A stretch of 64,000 nt of DNA from an uncultured virus (IMG/VR IMGVR_UViG_3300044996_000468) (IMGVR_UViG_3300044996_000468:1-64000), one strand, 5' to 3'; shown: positions 18,370 to 26,727, counted from the first letter of the stretch. A program made the numbers and translations. The notes: generated by a model not told the origin, from the sequence alone.

Positions 18370-19051
18370 AACGCCGCCTACGATAACGTCGACCTACGCC
18401 CGCGCTGCCGTGCCGCTTGGCGCGCCAACGGGACACGCCATACACGATTCCGGCACCGAGCCCAGCAAGCACAACGGCCGCGCCGGCTCCGACGAGGATC
18501 GGATGGTCGAGGGCGAACTGGGCCGCCGGATGCTTGTTGAGGAAGATCGCTGTGTCGAGGACAGGAATCAGCTTATCGACGCCGGAGCCCGTCGAAGTAG
18601 CTGGCGCAGAACCGTCAGCGGGTACGGGTGCCTTGGCAGCTTCTTGCGCCTTCAAGGTCTGAAGGCGTTCGATCACCTGTGGAAGTGCAGGGTCCTGTGC
18701 GATCTGAAGAATCGTGTCGAGGTGCGGTCCGGCTTGCGTGAGGATCTGTTGGAGCTTCGCAAGCAGCTCGGGAGCCTGCTGCACGATGGCGGCGATGTCG
18801 CTGGTGATGTCGCCAAGGCCGTTCGACATGAAAGGCAGCCGCGCAAGGCGGGACTGCAAATCGAAATCGTCATCGGTCGACCACACCGTCGGCCAGTTCT
18901 TGGGCTGACCTGGGATCGCGCCGACGCCGGCAAGGCCGGGGGGTTGCGGGATGAAATGGAAGACGCGACCAGCGCGTGCGATCGCGTCTTCTTGCGCATC
19001 GGTCGAGAGCACTCGCACGGAGCCGCCAAGCTGATGTTGAAGTGCGAGCAC
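18368..19051 (-). CDS. membrane-anchored protein with MLALQ leader and Arg tail
   Basis: MLALQHQLGG; GLAGVG; NGLG; TM; AGVGRRYRRRR. Confidence 0.75.
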   Translation of the reverse strand: MLALQHQLGGSVRVLSTDAQEDAIARAGRVFHFIPQPPGLAGVGAIPGQPKNWPTVWSTDDDFDLQSRLARLPFMSNGLGDITSDIAAIVQQAPELLAKLQQILTQAGPHLDTILQIAQDPALPQVIERLQTLKAQEAAKAPVPADGSAPATSTGSGVDKLIPVLDTAIFLNKHPAAQFALDHPILVGAGAAVVLAGLGAGIVYGVSRWRAKRHGSAGVGRRYRRRR

Positions 19052-19068
19052 GGTCCAAGCCTATCATC

Positions 19069-19084
19069 GATCGCGCGAGCGATC
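19069..19084. promoter_or_regulatory. palindromic motif GATCG-N6-CGATC, copy 4
   Basis: GATCGCGCGAGCGATC next to minus-strand extended -10-like TGATAGGCT. Confidence 0.6.
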
Positions 19085-19137
19085 ACGACTCAGCCTTTGT
19101 GCTTCCCCATCGCGGATCCCGTAGTAGGGTCGCCGAC

Positions 19138-19719
19138 ATGACGATCGAATCTCTCATCGTTGCGATCCTTGCCATCACGGGCACAGCAGCGCCGCACACG
19201 TCCAAGAATGCGCGCGTGCACGCAGAGAGCGCACAGGCAGTCGCCACCGTCGATTTCCCGGTCGAAGTTCTCCTCGGTACGGCCTACGTCGAATCGCGCT
19301 TCTATCAGACGGCGCTGAGTCGGTTGGAGGATTGTACGGATCCGAAGGATCCTAAAACCTGCATTCGAAAGACCGGCGTGTGGGCCAGCCATGTACCGCC
19401 GCCGACGGCGCGACCGGACTGGTACTGTGGGCCGCTACAGACGGGCGGCTGGGTCACGTGGGCCGAGTGTCAGCGGATGCGGACGGACGTGCTGTACGGT
19501 TACCAGCAGGGCGTGCGCGAGCTGACGAAGTGGTGGAACGATCCGAGCTGTTCGCGACTACCGGATGACGATCGGCTGCGTTGTACGCTTGCCGGACACA
19601 ACGCCGGGTATGCAGGTGCGGCGAACTACAAGGTCTCGCCGTACGTTCGTGACGTGTTCAAGGCGCGCGATCGGATCGTGAAGATCACCGAGCACGAAGA
19701 GTTGAAGCCGGGTAGCTAG
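19138..19719 (+). CDS. lysozyme-like/lytic transglycosylase (SLT-like) with N-terminal signal or anchor
   Basis: AYVESRF, GPLQ, LAGHNAG motifs; hydrophobic N-terminus. Confidence 0.6.
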   Translation: MTIESLIVAILAITGTAAPHTSKNARVHAESAQAVATVDFPVEVLLGTAYVESRFYQTALSRLEDCTDPKDPKTCIRKTGVWASHVPPPTARPDWYCGPLQTGGWVTWAECQRMRTDVLYGYQQGVRELTKWWNDPSCSRLPDDDRLRCTLAGHNAGYAGAANYKVSPYVRDVFKARDRIVKITEHEELKPGS

Positions 19720-20045
19720 CGGCGCTTCTTGCGGCGGCTCTTGCGCTTGCGCGAGCGGCCGAGATTCGTGGGACAGAGACTGCCGTGGTAGAGCAGCGTG
19801 CCGGCAGGGTATCCACGGTTTTGCCGAGTCTGATTCCGCTCGGTGTACCAGTCGACGACCTTACGGTTCGTCGAGGACGAACACGGCACGTAGCATTGGA
19901 TGTCGCCGCGCTGGCTCGGCTTCCCCGACGCCATCGCGACGTCGACGCACTCGCGCGTACTGAGGCCGTGGCGCTGCGCGGCGCGGCGCGCGCTTTTCAT
20001 TGGGCCCTTGACGATCAACGAGACGCTGTTCGCACGTGTCGCCAC
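19716..20045 (-). CDS. basic protein with LG-polybasic tail; paralog of the C-half of 22550..23065
   Basis: VSLIVKGP...QC...W...GTLLYHG; NLGRSRKRKSRRKKRR. Confidence 0.8.
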   Translation of the reverse strand: MATRANSVSLIVKGPMKSARRAAQRHGLSTRECVDVAMASGKPSQRGDIQCYVPCSSSTNRKVVDWYTERNQTRQNRGYPAGTLLYHGSLCPTNLGRSRKRKSRRKKRR

Positions 20046-20047
20046 GG

Positions 20048-20485
20048 TTAGCGTCCTGCGGTGCGGTTCTTGGTGCGGCCCGCGTAGCGGTAGAGCGCGA
20101 CGCCGAACACTGCGAGCGCACCACCGACGGCGAGCGCGCCACCGGCGACGAGCATGTTCGAAACCGTCGGGCTCTGGTTCGCGAGGAACGAGTCGATGCC
20201 GCCGAACTGACGTCGGTAGGGGATCACGGTCTGGCCTCCGTTGATGGACGTGAAGTAGCTGGGGTCGCAGTAGTCGCAGACAGGTCCGCGTGCGGGGTAG
20301 CGGCGGCGGTACATCTGCGGCGTGCCGCCGGGGCCGTAGACCGGTGTCGCGACGCGGGTCGGTCCGACGATGGCCTGATGTGGCGCGAGCGGCTGACCAG
20401 CCGATGGAAAAGACACCGTGGGCTCGTCGCGCAGCCCTGCGAGCTGCGCGTCACTGAGACCTTCCAAGGTGAATACGTGGGGCAC
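20048..20485 (-). CDS. membrane-anchored hypothetical protein
   Basis: C-terminal TM LVAGGALAVGGALAVFGVALY plus basic tail; AAGGAG RBS. Confidence 0.7.
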   Translation of the reverse strand: MPHVFTLEGLSDAQLAGLRDEPTVSFPSAGQPLAPHQAIVGPTRVATPVYGPGGTPQMYRRRYPARGPVCDYCDPSYFTSINGGQTVIPYRRQFGGIDSFLANQSPTVSNMLVAGGALAVGGALAVFGVALYRYAGRTKNRTAGR

Positions 20486-20516
20486 TGGGTCAGCTCCTTG
20501 CTCTACAACCTACCAC

Positions 20517-20532
20517 GATCGCGTGCGCGATC
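20517..20532. promoter_or_regulatory. palindromic motif GATCG-N6-CGATC, copy 5
   Basis: GATCGCGTGCGCGATC next to minus-strand extended -10-like TGGTAGGTT. Confidence 0.55.
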
Positions 20533-20533
20533 G

Positions 20534-21067
20534 TTACTTACGTCGCCGCCCCCGTAGTGGCATGTCGGGCGGGAAATCGAACTTGCCGGTCGCGGCCCAC
20601 GTGCCACAGGCGGCGTTTGCCTTGGCGACCGCATCCATGGGCGAGTCGACGTCGACGCGCACACCGGGCTGCTTGTCCGTGGTGCAGAAGCGCAAGAACG
20701 GTTGGCCCTTGTCGAATGCAAGTTGAACTGGGCAACCCTTGCGCTTGAGCGCACCTGCGCACGGCTTGGGACAGGGGCGTGGCTTTATCTTGCCCTTGTG
20801 CTTGCCCTTCTTGACTTCGTACTGGCCACACGACTTCCCGTCGACGGAATCGACGCTCTTGCTCGTCGAACGGAAGCTGCGGTTGAGGTCGAACTGCGTG
20901 ACGGCAACGCGGCTCTCGCCAACGATCGTACACGCATTGGCGTCGACCTGTCCCGTTCGACCTGACTTGGCGCCGACAACGACACGAAGACAAGGCACGC
21001 TTGACGTGTCTGGCTTTGGCTTCTTGATCTTCTTGGGCTTGGTCGTGGTCGTTTGGGATTTCGCCAT
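20534..21067 (-). CDS. Lys/Cys-rich basic protein
   Basis: 177 aa; ends MPLRGRRRK. Confidence 0.7.
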   Translation of the reverse strand: MAKSQTTTTKPKKIKKPKPDTSSVPCLRVVVGAKSGRTGQVDANACTIVGESRVAVTQFDLNRSFRSTSKSVDSVDGKSCGQYEVKKGKHKGKIKPRPCPKPCAGALKRKGCPVQLAFDKGQPFLRFCTTDKQPGVRVDVDSPMDAVAKANAACGTWAATGKFDFPPDMPLRGRRRK

Positions 21068-21075
21068 GGCGATCC

Positions 21076-22449
21076 TCAGTGAAGAGAGTAGTTGACGATC
21101 TCACCGGGAGCGATCCAACAAGCGCGACAGCCCTTGCCGTCCGGTCCGCCGAGACCTGGCGGTGCTACGGCTTTGCGACACGTGTGCTTCGCGTCTTCGG
21201 TCGCATACGCTTGGCAGTTCCACGTGTAGCGAGGATCGGGACCCGTCATCTTCGGCTCGAAGCGTTGGGCATGTTGATAGACGTACTGCTCGCGCTCCGG
21301 CGTCATGCCGCGGTTCTGTTCGACTTGCAGTACGACCGTCGCGCCCGCCCAGCCAGGACCGAGATGCTGTCCGACGGGGTCGTAGCCTTCGATGCGACGA
21401 TTCCAGCCGGGACCGGGTTCGTTCACTTCGTACGCGCTCGGTCGGATGATGAAGTTGCGCGGATCGCGGTTGATGTCATTGACCGCGTCGGTACCCCATT
21501 CGGTCGCCCAGATGCGCGACGGCGCCCAGAACGTGATGTCAGGAAGGCGATCTGCGATCATCTTCCACTGCTGCAGGTATTCAGGTTCGAAGAAGTCGCC
21601 CGAGTCGTGGATCCGAAAGAAGCGCCGACCGGTCGGTTCAGATGGCAGCGCTTGCGTCTTCTCGACGACCTTCTCTTCACCGGTCTCGGTGTTGACGATC
21701 TTCACCTCTTCCTTCACCGTGCCGCCGTTCAGCTTGTAGTCCGCGTTGTTGATCGCGTAGACCATTGTCTCGACGAACGCGGTCGACGGTCCGTACGGGC
21801 CTTGAACATTGAACTTGATCGCTTGCCGCGCCCACAGGAACCGAAGGATCTGCGCGAACTGCACTTGGCCCGTCGAGTACTGTCCACCCTGCGCGTAACA
21901 GAACTGGCAGATGGCCTGCGCCAGGTTGACAGGCGCGTTGTACGGTCGACCGAGACCGTAGTTGACGTACTTCGCTGCTTTGCGCAGTGCATCTGCGGGA
22001 ACGAGGCTTTGTCCAGCGACCGCACCAGGGCACGCGCCACCGACTTGCGGCGGTCCTGCAGGGATGCTCCACGACGGCGTGTTCATCTTCGACGTCCATG
22101 ACAGAAGTTGGTACTGCTGGACGTTGGGGTTGGTTGCAGGATTCCACGCCGGGCCAGGCCCGATCGGCTGATCGAGCACGACGTAGACGTTGCTCGGATC
22201 CTTGCCGTGCACGTTGCCGGGACGGACGACAAACTGCTTGGTCTCCAGACTACGGATGACGGCGTCACGTACGAACATCATGCCGAGCAGCCCAGCATGC
22301 GCATCCGCGAGAACAGCACTGGGCGCAGGACAGGCCGGATGATCCTCACCGAGGTACGCGCCGTTCATCGACCCGACGCACATATCGTACGCACGTTCGA
22401 TGGCGGTGACGTCTTCGGTGACTTCGAGGTGCGGAATGATGGCTGCCAT
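21076..22449 (-). CDS. GP88-like (radical-SAM-like Fe-S) phage protein
   Basis: SKM..PSWSIPAG..CPGA, CQFCYA..G.Y, FRIHDSGDF, FWAPSR, CRACW. Confidence 0.7.
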   Translation of the reverse strand: MAAIIPHLEVTEDVTAIERAYDMCVGSMNGAYLGEDHPACPAPSAVLADAHAGLLGMMFVRDAVIRSLETKQFVVRPGNVHGKDPSNVYVVLDQPIGPGPAWNPATNPNVQQYQLLSWTSKMNTPSWSIPAGPPQVGGACPGAVAGQSLVPADALRKAAKYVNYGLGRPYNAPVNLAQAICQFCYAQGGQYSTGQVQFAQILRFLWARQAIKFNVQGPYGPSTAFVETMVYAINNADYKLNGGTVKEEVKIVNTETGEEKVVEKTQALPSEPTGRRFFRIHDSGDFFEPEYLQQWKMIADRLPDITFWAPSRIWATEWGTDAVNDINRDPRNFIIRPSAYEVNEPGPGWNRRIEGYDPVGQHLGPGWAGATVVLQVEQNRGMTPEREQYVYQHAQRFEPKMTGPDPRYTWNCQAYATEDAKHTCRKAVAPPGLGGPDGKGCRACWIAPGEIVNYSLH

Positions 22450-22549
22450 GGTGTTTACTCGGTGATGCGGTAGCGGTCGCGACCCCGACGATCGAACAAG
22501 TTCCCCGAGTTGGGGCGTACGCCTTCGCGAAGATTTGGTGCACGCATCT

Positions 22550-23065
22550 TCAGCGCCTCCGCTTGCGACGACGACGTGTGCCGTCGAGCGCGCTCAGGCA
22601 CGAACCTCCGACGTACAGCAGCGAGCCGGGCGAACTCCAGGTCCGCTGCGTCGAACGGTTGGGACGGCTCGCCCTGAACCACTTGTCGAGGCGATCACGC
22701 GTCGATGGTGTGCAGGCGGTGAAGCACTGCACGTCCTTGCCGTGGGTCACGCACGACGACATCGGGATGCCGTAGCGCGCCGCCTCACGCTGGACGCTCT
22801 TCTTGGGGCCCTTCGCGATCAGCGAGACGTGCTCGCGGCGCTTCGCGGTGCCGAGGCCGCGCGAGCCGCGCCCACCCTTGACTTTGACGGACACGACGTT
22901 GCGATCGTCGGCAATGCCGGGCGTACCGTGCTTGCCACCCATGTTGAGCACCCAGCCACCATGCGATGAACGCATGACGGCGGTGCCCGTGCGCTGTTGG
23001 CCTTGTGGCGTGACGATCGTAACGCGATCACCGGGCTTGATGACCTTGATCAGTGGATTCGCCAT
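22550..23065 (-). CDS. two-domain basic protein with internal GLG and Arg tail
   Basis: RGLG precedes the domain paralogous to 19716..20045; ends ALDGTRRRRKRRR. Confidence 0.8.
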   Translation of the reverse strand: MANPLIKVIKPGDRVTIVTPQGQQRTGTAVMRSSHGGWVLNMGGKHGTPGIADDRNVVSVKVKGGRGSRGLGTAKRREHVSLIAKGPKKSVQREAARYGIPMSSCVTHGKDVQCFTACTPSTRDRLDKWFRASRPNRSTQRTWSSPGSLLYVGGSCLSALDGTRRRRKRRR

Positions 23066-23067
23066 GG

Positions 23068-23472
23068 CTAGCGCCTCGCTTTCCGACGGCGTCGACGGCC
23101 GAGACCGTTGTTGCGATTGACGAGACAGTTCTCCGCGAACTCGCCCGCCGCTTTGCGGATCAGGCCTGCGTGCGACGGCGCGCTCGCACGACCGCCCGCG
23201 CTCTGGTGTGCGAGGTACTGACCGTAGTGCGTCATCATCTCGGCGTAGTCAGCCCACGCCGCACCGCACTTGCCGTTGCGCGACTTGTTGGTGACCATCG
23301 CGATCGAGTATCCGATGTCGTCGGACGCCTCGGTCATCTTCTTGGTGTGGATCGCCTCGGAGCTGCCAAGCCCGCGACGTGAACGCTTACGGCGTTGTGC
23401 ATGGCCCTTCATACGACGCTCGTGCGCTTTGCGTTTGTGGAACGCGCGAGAACGCGTCTTCTTGTTCGCCAT
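23068..23472 (-). CDS. basic protein with N- and C-terminal polybasic arms delimited by GLG
   Basis: ...RRKRSRRGLG|SSE...NNGLG|RRRRRKARR. Confidence 0.8.
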   Translation of the reverse strand: MANKKTRSRAFHKRKAHERRMKGHAQRRKRSRRGLGSSEAIHTKKMTEASDDIGYSIAMVTNKSRNGKCGAAWADYAEMMTHYGQYLAHQSAGGRASAPSHAGLIRKAAGEFAENCLVNRNNGLGRRRRRKARR

Positions 23473-23474
23473 GA

Positions 23475-23753
23475 CTAGCGCTTCGCCTTCCGGCGACGAC
23501 GGCGACGACCGACGCCGCCGCCGACGTTGTAGCACTCGTTGCGGTTGCACTCGGCGATCGTCCGTTGCATGCCAGGCAGCCCTTCCTCGACGCGACAGAC
23601 CGCGTTCGGGAACTGGCGCGAGCACGCGTGGCCGGCATCCATCGCTGCGCTGTATGACTTGTGGAGGCTGCGTCGATAGCCCGAAGGGCCGCTGACGACA
23701 AATCGTCCCGACGACGAGCCGAGTGACTTCCTACGACGACGTTTCTTCGCCAT
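23475..23753 (-). CDS. basic protein with N- and C-terminal polybasic arms
   Basis: MAKKRRRRKSLG|SSS...GGVG|RRRRRRKAKR. Confidence 0.8.
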   Translation of the reverse strand: MAKKRRRRKSLGSSSGRFVVSGPSGYRRSLHKSYSAAMDAGHACSRQFPNAVCRVEEGLPGMQRTIAECNRNECYNVGGGVGRRRRRRKAKR

Positions 23754-23755
23754 GG

Positions 23756-23995
23756 CTAGCGGCTCCTCTTCTTCTTCTTGCTCTTGCCCTTCTTGCGACG
23801 ACGGCGCCCGAAGTTGACGGGGCACGCGCGCTCGTGGATGCGTGTGTCGACGTCGCCGACGTTGAGTCGGCGACGGCCGCCCGGGAGGATGACCGTGTGA
23901 CGAGCGTCGACCTTGCGACGCGTCGCCGTGATCGTCTCGGCGTCGAACGCGAAGCAGGCGCCGATCGGAAGCTGTCGGAACGTACGCGCTGGCAT
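23756..23995 (-). CDS. basic protein with FG-polybasic tail
   Basis: MPARTF...VNFG|RRRRKKGKSKKKKRSR; TGATG overlap. Confidence 0.75.
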   Translation of the reverse strand: MPARTFRQLPIGACFAFDAETITATRRKVDARHTVILPGGRRRLNVGDVDTRIHERACPVNFGRRRRKKGKSKKKKRSR

Positions 23996-24258
23996 CAACG
24001 TCTCCTCTTTCGCGTGCGTCGACTGCGTCCGGCGATTTGGAGTAAACACACCGGACGAAGGCCGAAGGTCCGCTGGTACTTCTGCCGTAACTTGTCCTCC
24101 ATCTTGATGCGTGCGTCGGTGCAGTCGGTCGCGGCCACGTCGACATAGACGTGTTCGGTCCCGACCGTCTTGACCTTGAGGCCTGCGCGACGAATCTTGC
24201 GACTCATCTCGACCACGGTGACGGGACCCGTGTGGACCTTCATTCGGAAGATCGGCAT
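23995..24258 (-). CDS. basic protein with IAG-polybasic tail
   Basis: MPIFRMK...QIAG|RSRRTRKRRR; AGGAGG RBS. Confidence 0.75.
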   Translation of the reverse strand: MPIFRMKVHTGPVTVVEMSRKIRRAGLKVKTVGTEHVYVDVAATDCTDARIKMEDKLRQKYQRTFGLRPVCLLQIAGRSRRTRKRRR

Positions 24259-24317
24259 CAGCGACGCCTCCTGCGCGCACGCTTGCGTTTGCCGAGTCTG
24301 TAGGTAACGCCTACGGA

Positions 24318-24515
24318 CTAGCGACGGCGGCGCTTGCGCCAACGCGTGCCGCAGACCTTCGTGCCCCGCGCGGTGCGGATGCAGATCTTGCGACCCTTGC
24401 GGCGACCCTTGCGACCGCGGCGACGGCGACCGACGAGGGTGGGGAGAGCGCCCATGTGGCGACGACGACGGCGGCGACGCTTGCCGAGACCGTCGCCCTG
24501 ATTCGAGGTGTCCAT
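24318..24515 (-). CDS. protamine-like protein
   Basis: MDTSNQGDGLG|KRRRRRRRHMG...LVG|RRRRGRKGRRKGRK...RKRRRR; start chosen by RBS. Confidence 0.75.
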   Translation of the reverse strand: MDTSNQGDGLGKRRRRRRRHMGALPTLVGRRRRGRKGRRKGRKICIRTARGTKVCGTRWRKRRRR

Positions 24516-24691
24516 CTTCTTGGTCCTTGTTGAAGTTGCCCCACAAGTCGGCGACGCCGTCTCGATGGGTGTTTCTTTCAAGAAGATCCCACGAGCGATC
24601 GAGGTCGTCAAGATGATCGCTGCTGCGATCGGTGTCATGGAAGCAGACGCCCAACGGTCACGATTGAAGGTACAGTTACGGCTCCAAACCG

Positions 24692-25399
24692 ATGAAACCG
24701 TTCAAACCTGGTAGCGATCCGCGTAAAGTCTTCAAAGGAGAACACCGCGAACGAAAGCCAACTCGACTGTTCACGTTTGATGACCTTGCTACAGCGGCTG
24801 TCGAGGCGCCAGCAACGACACGCAAGAAGCTGCGAACGACGACGAACGCGAGGACCGTAGCGCTCTACATCGTTGACGCACTGGCCCGTGGCTCTGTCCG
24901 ACTTTCGGACGAAGAAGCTGTGCAAGCGCTCGCAGGAGCCGCGACGTTGAAGGAATGGCGAGGTCGTTGGCCACGCTTCGATCTATATCGATGCGGCTAC
25001 CCCGACTGCGTGAACACGCTCCTCGATGCTGGCCTGTGTGTTAGCCATGGTGGGTCGGCTCGGCCGACCGTGAAGATTGAGGGTGACCACTTCGTGATGT
25101 GGACGGGCCGAGCGTACACACCGATCTGTCGGGTGATTTTTGGCGTGATCGATTCGGGTGCGGTCGAGCACATTGATCAGAACAGCTGGAACAACCACCC
25201 CGACAACCTCATCGCGCCCGCCGACGTTCACGTCCGTTCGACGAGACGCAACCGTTGGTCGTATGGCTACGCCGAGCTGGGTGACCTGTTCGGCTTATCG
25301 GTCGACGGCACACGACAAGCTGCGTCGCGTGGACTCTTCGATCCGGCGTCGCTCGACAGCGTGACGAGCTTCTGGTTCCTTCGACAGACCCCGCGTTAG
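24692..25399 (+). CDS. HNH-motif protein (homing-endonuclease-like) with C-terminal HTH
   Basis: VEHIDQNSWNNHPDNL; opposite strand to both flanking operons. Confidence 0.6.
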   Translation: MKPFKPGSDPRKVFKGEHRERKPTRLFTFDDLATAAVEAPATTRKKLRTTTNARTVALYIVDALARGSVRLSDEEAVQALAGAATLKEWRGRWPRFDLYRCGYPDCVNTLLDAGLCVSHGGSARPTVKIEGDHFVMWTGRAYTPICRVIFGVIDSGAVEHIDQNSWNNHPDNLIAPADVHVRSTRRNRWSYGYAELGDLFGLSVDGTRQAASRGLFDPASLDSVTSFWFLRQTPR

Positions 25400-25665
25400 C
25401 GCAGGGTCGTATCGTTGCCCTTGCACTTGCGGCAAATTCGAATCGAAAGACCGCGGTACGCGAAGTAGGTAATCTCCTGCTCGTTCAGGTTGGTCTTGGC
25501 GCACTTCAGGCAGAGCTTCTTCTGCATACCGTGGCGCTCTGCCATCTCGTACGCGGTATGCCACATGCCGATCTTGGTGGCAGCGACAACCGCGTCTCGA
25601 ACGTTCCTGAGGGTCATCCCATCGGGGAAGACGTGATCGTCGGGCAGGGACGGTCGTTGCGCCAT
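25396..25665 (-). CDS. hypothetical Zn-finger protein
   Basis: CLKC...CRKC; GGAGG RBS. Confidence 0.6.
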   Translation of the reverse strand: MAQRPSLPDDHVFPDGMTLRNVRDAVVAATKIGMWHTAYEMAERHGMQKKLCLKCAKTNLNEQEITYFAYRGLSIRICRKCKGNDTTLR

Positions 25666-25666
25666 G

Positions 25667-26557
25667 TCACTCTCCTCCCAAGAACGTATCATCGGAAACG
25701 ATCAGGACCGCCGGTCGAAGTCCTCGACGTTCAGCGGTAGCACCGACAGCGTGACGTTCGTGGACAGGCGCGATGGTCGCCCAGCTGTAGAGGTCGCGAA
25801 CGTACTCATGGTCGCTGTTGGACGCGACGATTGTGGCACCGCGATCGTGTGCGGCACGAAGGGCCGTGGCGAGCGTGACGTGATCGTCGTCGGAGAAGCC
25901 TCCCGCCGTGTACTTGTCGAACGTCTCGTAGTAAGGCGAGTCGGCGTAGACGACGTCACCTGCTTGCGCGGCAGCGATCGTATCTCGGAAATCGGCGTGG
26001 CGAACGTCGGCGCCGCGAAGGGCGTGCGCGACGATCGCCAGGCTTTCGGCGGTGGGAACGCTCGCGCGACTGCGATCACCGCCGTGCGGGACGTTGAACT
26101 TGCCCTTGCTGTTTTCACGGTAGAGACCGTTGAAGCCGAACCGGTTCAGGTACAGGAACCGAGCCGCCGCGAGGACCGGGCTACGCGACTCCTCGGCGCG
26201 GATGCGGATGTAGCTCTCTTTGTCGGTGCCACGATCCACGAGCGTCTTCAGCGCCCACGCGACCGATGCGGAGGTCTTCCGGATCGTCTGATACATCGAG
26301 ATCAGCGGCTTGCAGTTGTCGCCGAGCACCATGTCAGGAAGCCCGAGATCGAGCGCGACCGCACCGCCACCGAGGAACGGTTCGACGTAACGTCCTCGGG
26401 TGACGGCGAGTCGTGCATGAATCGCGGGCGCCAAGAGCGGGACCAGCCATCGTTTGCTTCCGACCCACTTGAGTGGCGGGGTGCAGCCGACGCGCGGTGG
26501 AAACACGTTCGCTGTGGGAACGGTCGATAGCGGGTTGGGCGTTGCGGTCGTCATCAT
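25667..26557 (-). CDS. Dam-family (D12 class) DNA adenine methyltransferase
   Basis: LKWVGSKR, YVEPFLGGG, YLNRFGFNGLYREN..G.FNVP, catalytic DSPY variant. Confidence 0.9.
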   Translation of the reverse strand: MMTTATPNPLSTVPTANVFPPRVGCTPPLKWVGSKRWLVPLLAPAIHARLAVTRGRYVEPFLGGGAVALDLGLPDMVLGDNCKPLISMYQTIRKTSASVAWALKTLVDRGTDKESYIRIRAEESRSPVLAAARFLYLNRFGFNGLYRENSKGKFNVPHGGDRSRASVPTAESLAIVAHALRGADVRHADFRDTIAAAQAGDVVYADSPYYETFDKYTAGGFSDDDHVTLATALRAAHDRGATIVASNSDHEYVRDLYSWATIAPVHERHAVGATAERRGLRPAVLIVSDDTFLGGE

Positions 26558-26565
26558 AGAGCCCC

Positions 26566-26727
26566 CTAGAGCTGTGCGAACAGGTACAGCGCGAGCACGA
26601 TCAAGGTCAGCGTGACAGCGTAGCGTAGAAGCTGTTCGAGTAGACCTGGACTTTGTAGATACGGATCGCTGCTGCGAACGAGCAAGTCGCGCCACAGGTG
26701 GTTACGGGTCTCGCGGCTGAGTTTCAC
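26566..26727 (-). CDS. 53-aa small membrane protein (below the ORF-track length cutoff)
   Basis: MKLSRETRNHLWRD...YAVTLTLIVLALYLFAQL; fills the gap, GTGA overlap. Confidence 0.5.
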   Translation of the reverse strand: MKLSRETRNHLWRDLLVRSSDPYLQSPGLLEQLLRYAVTLTLIVLALYLFAQL

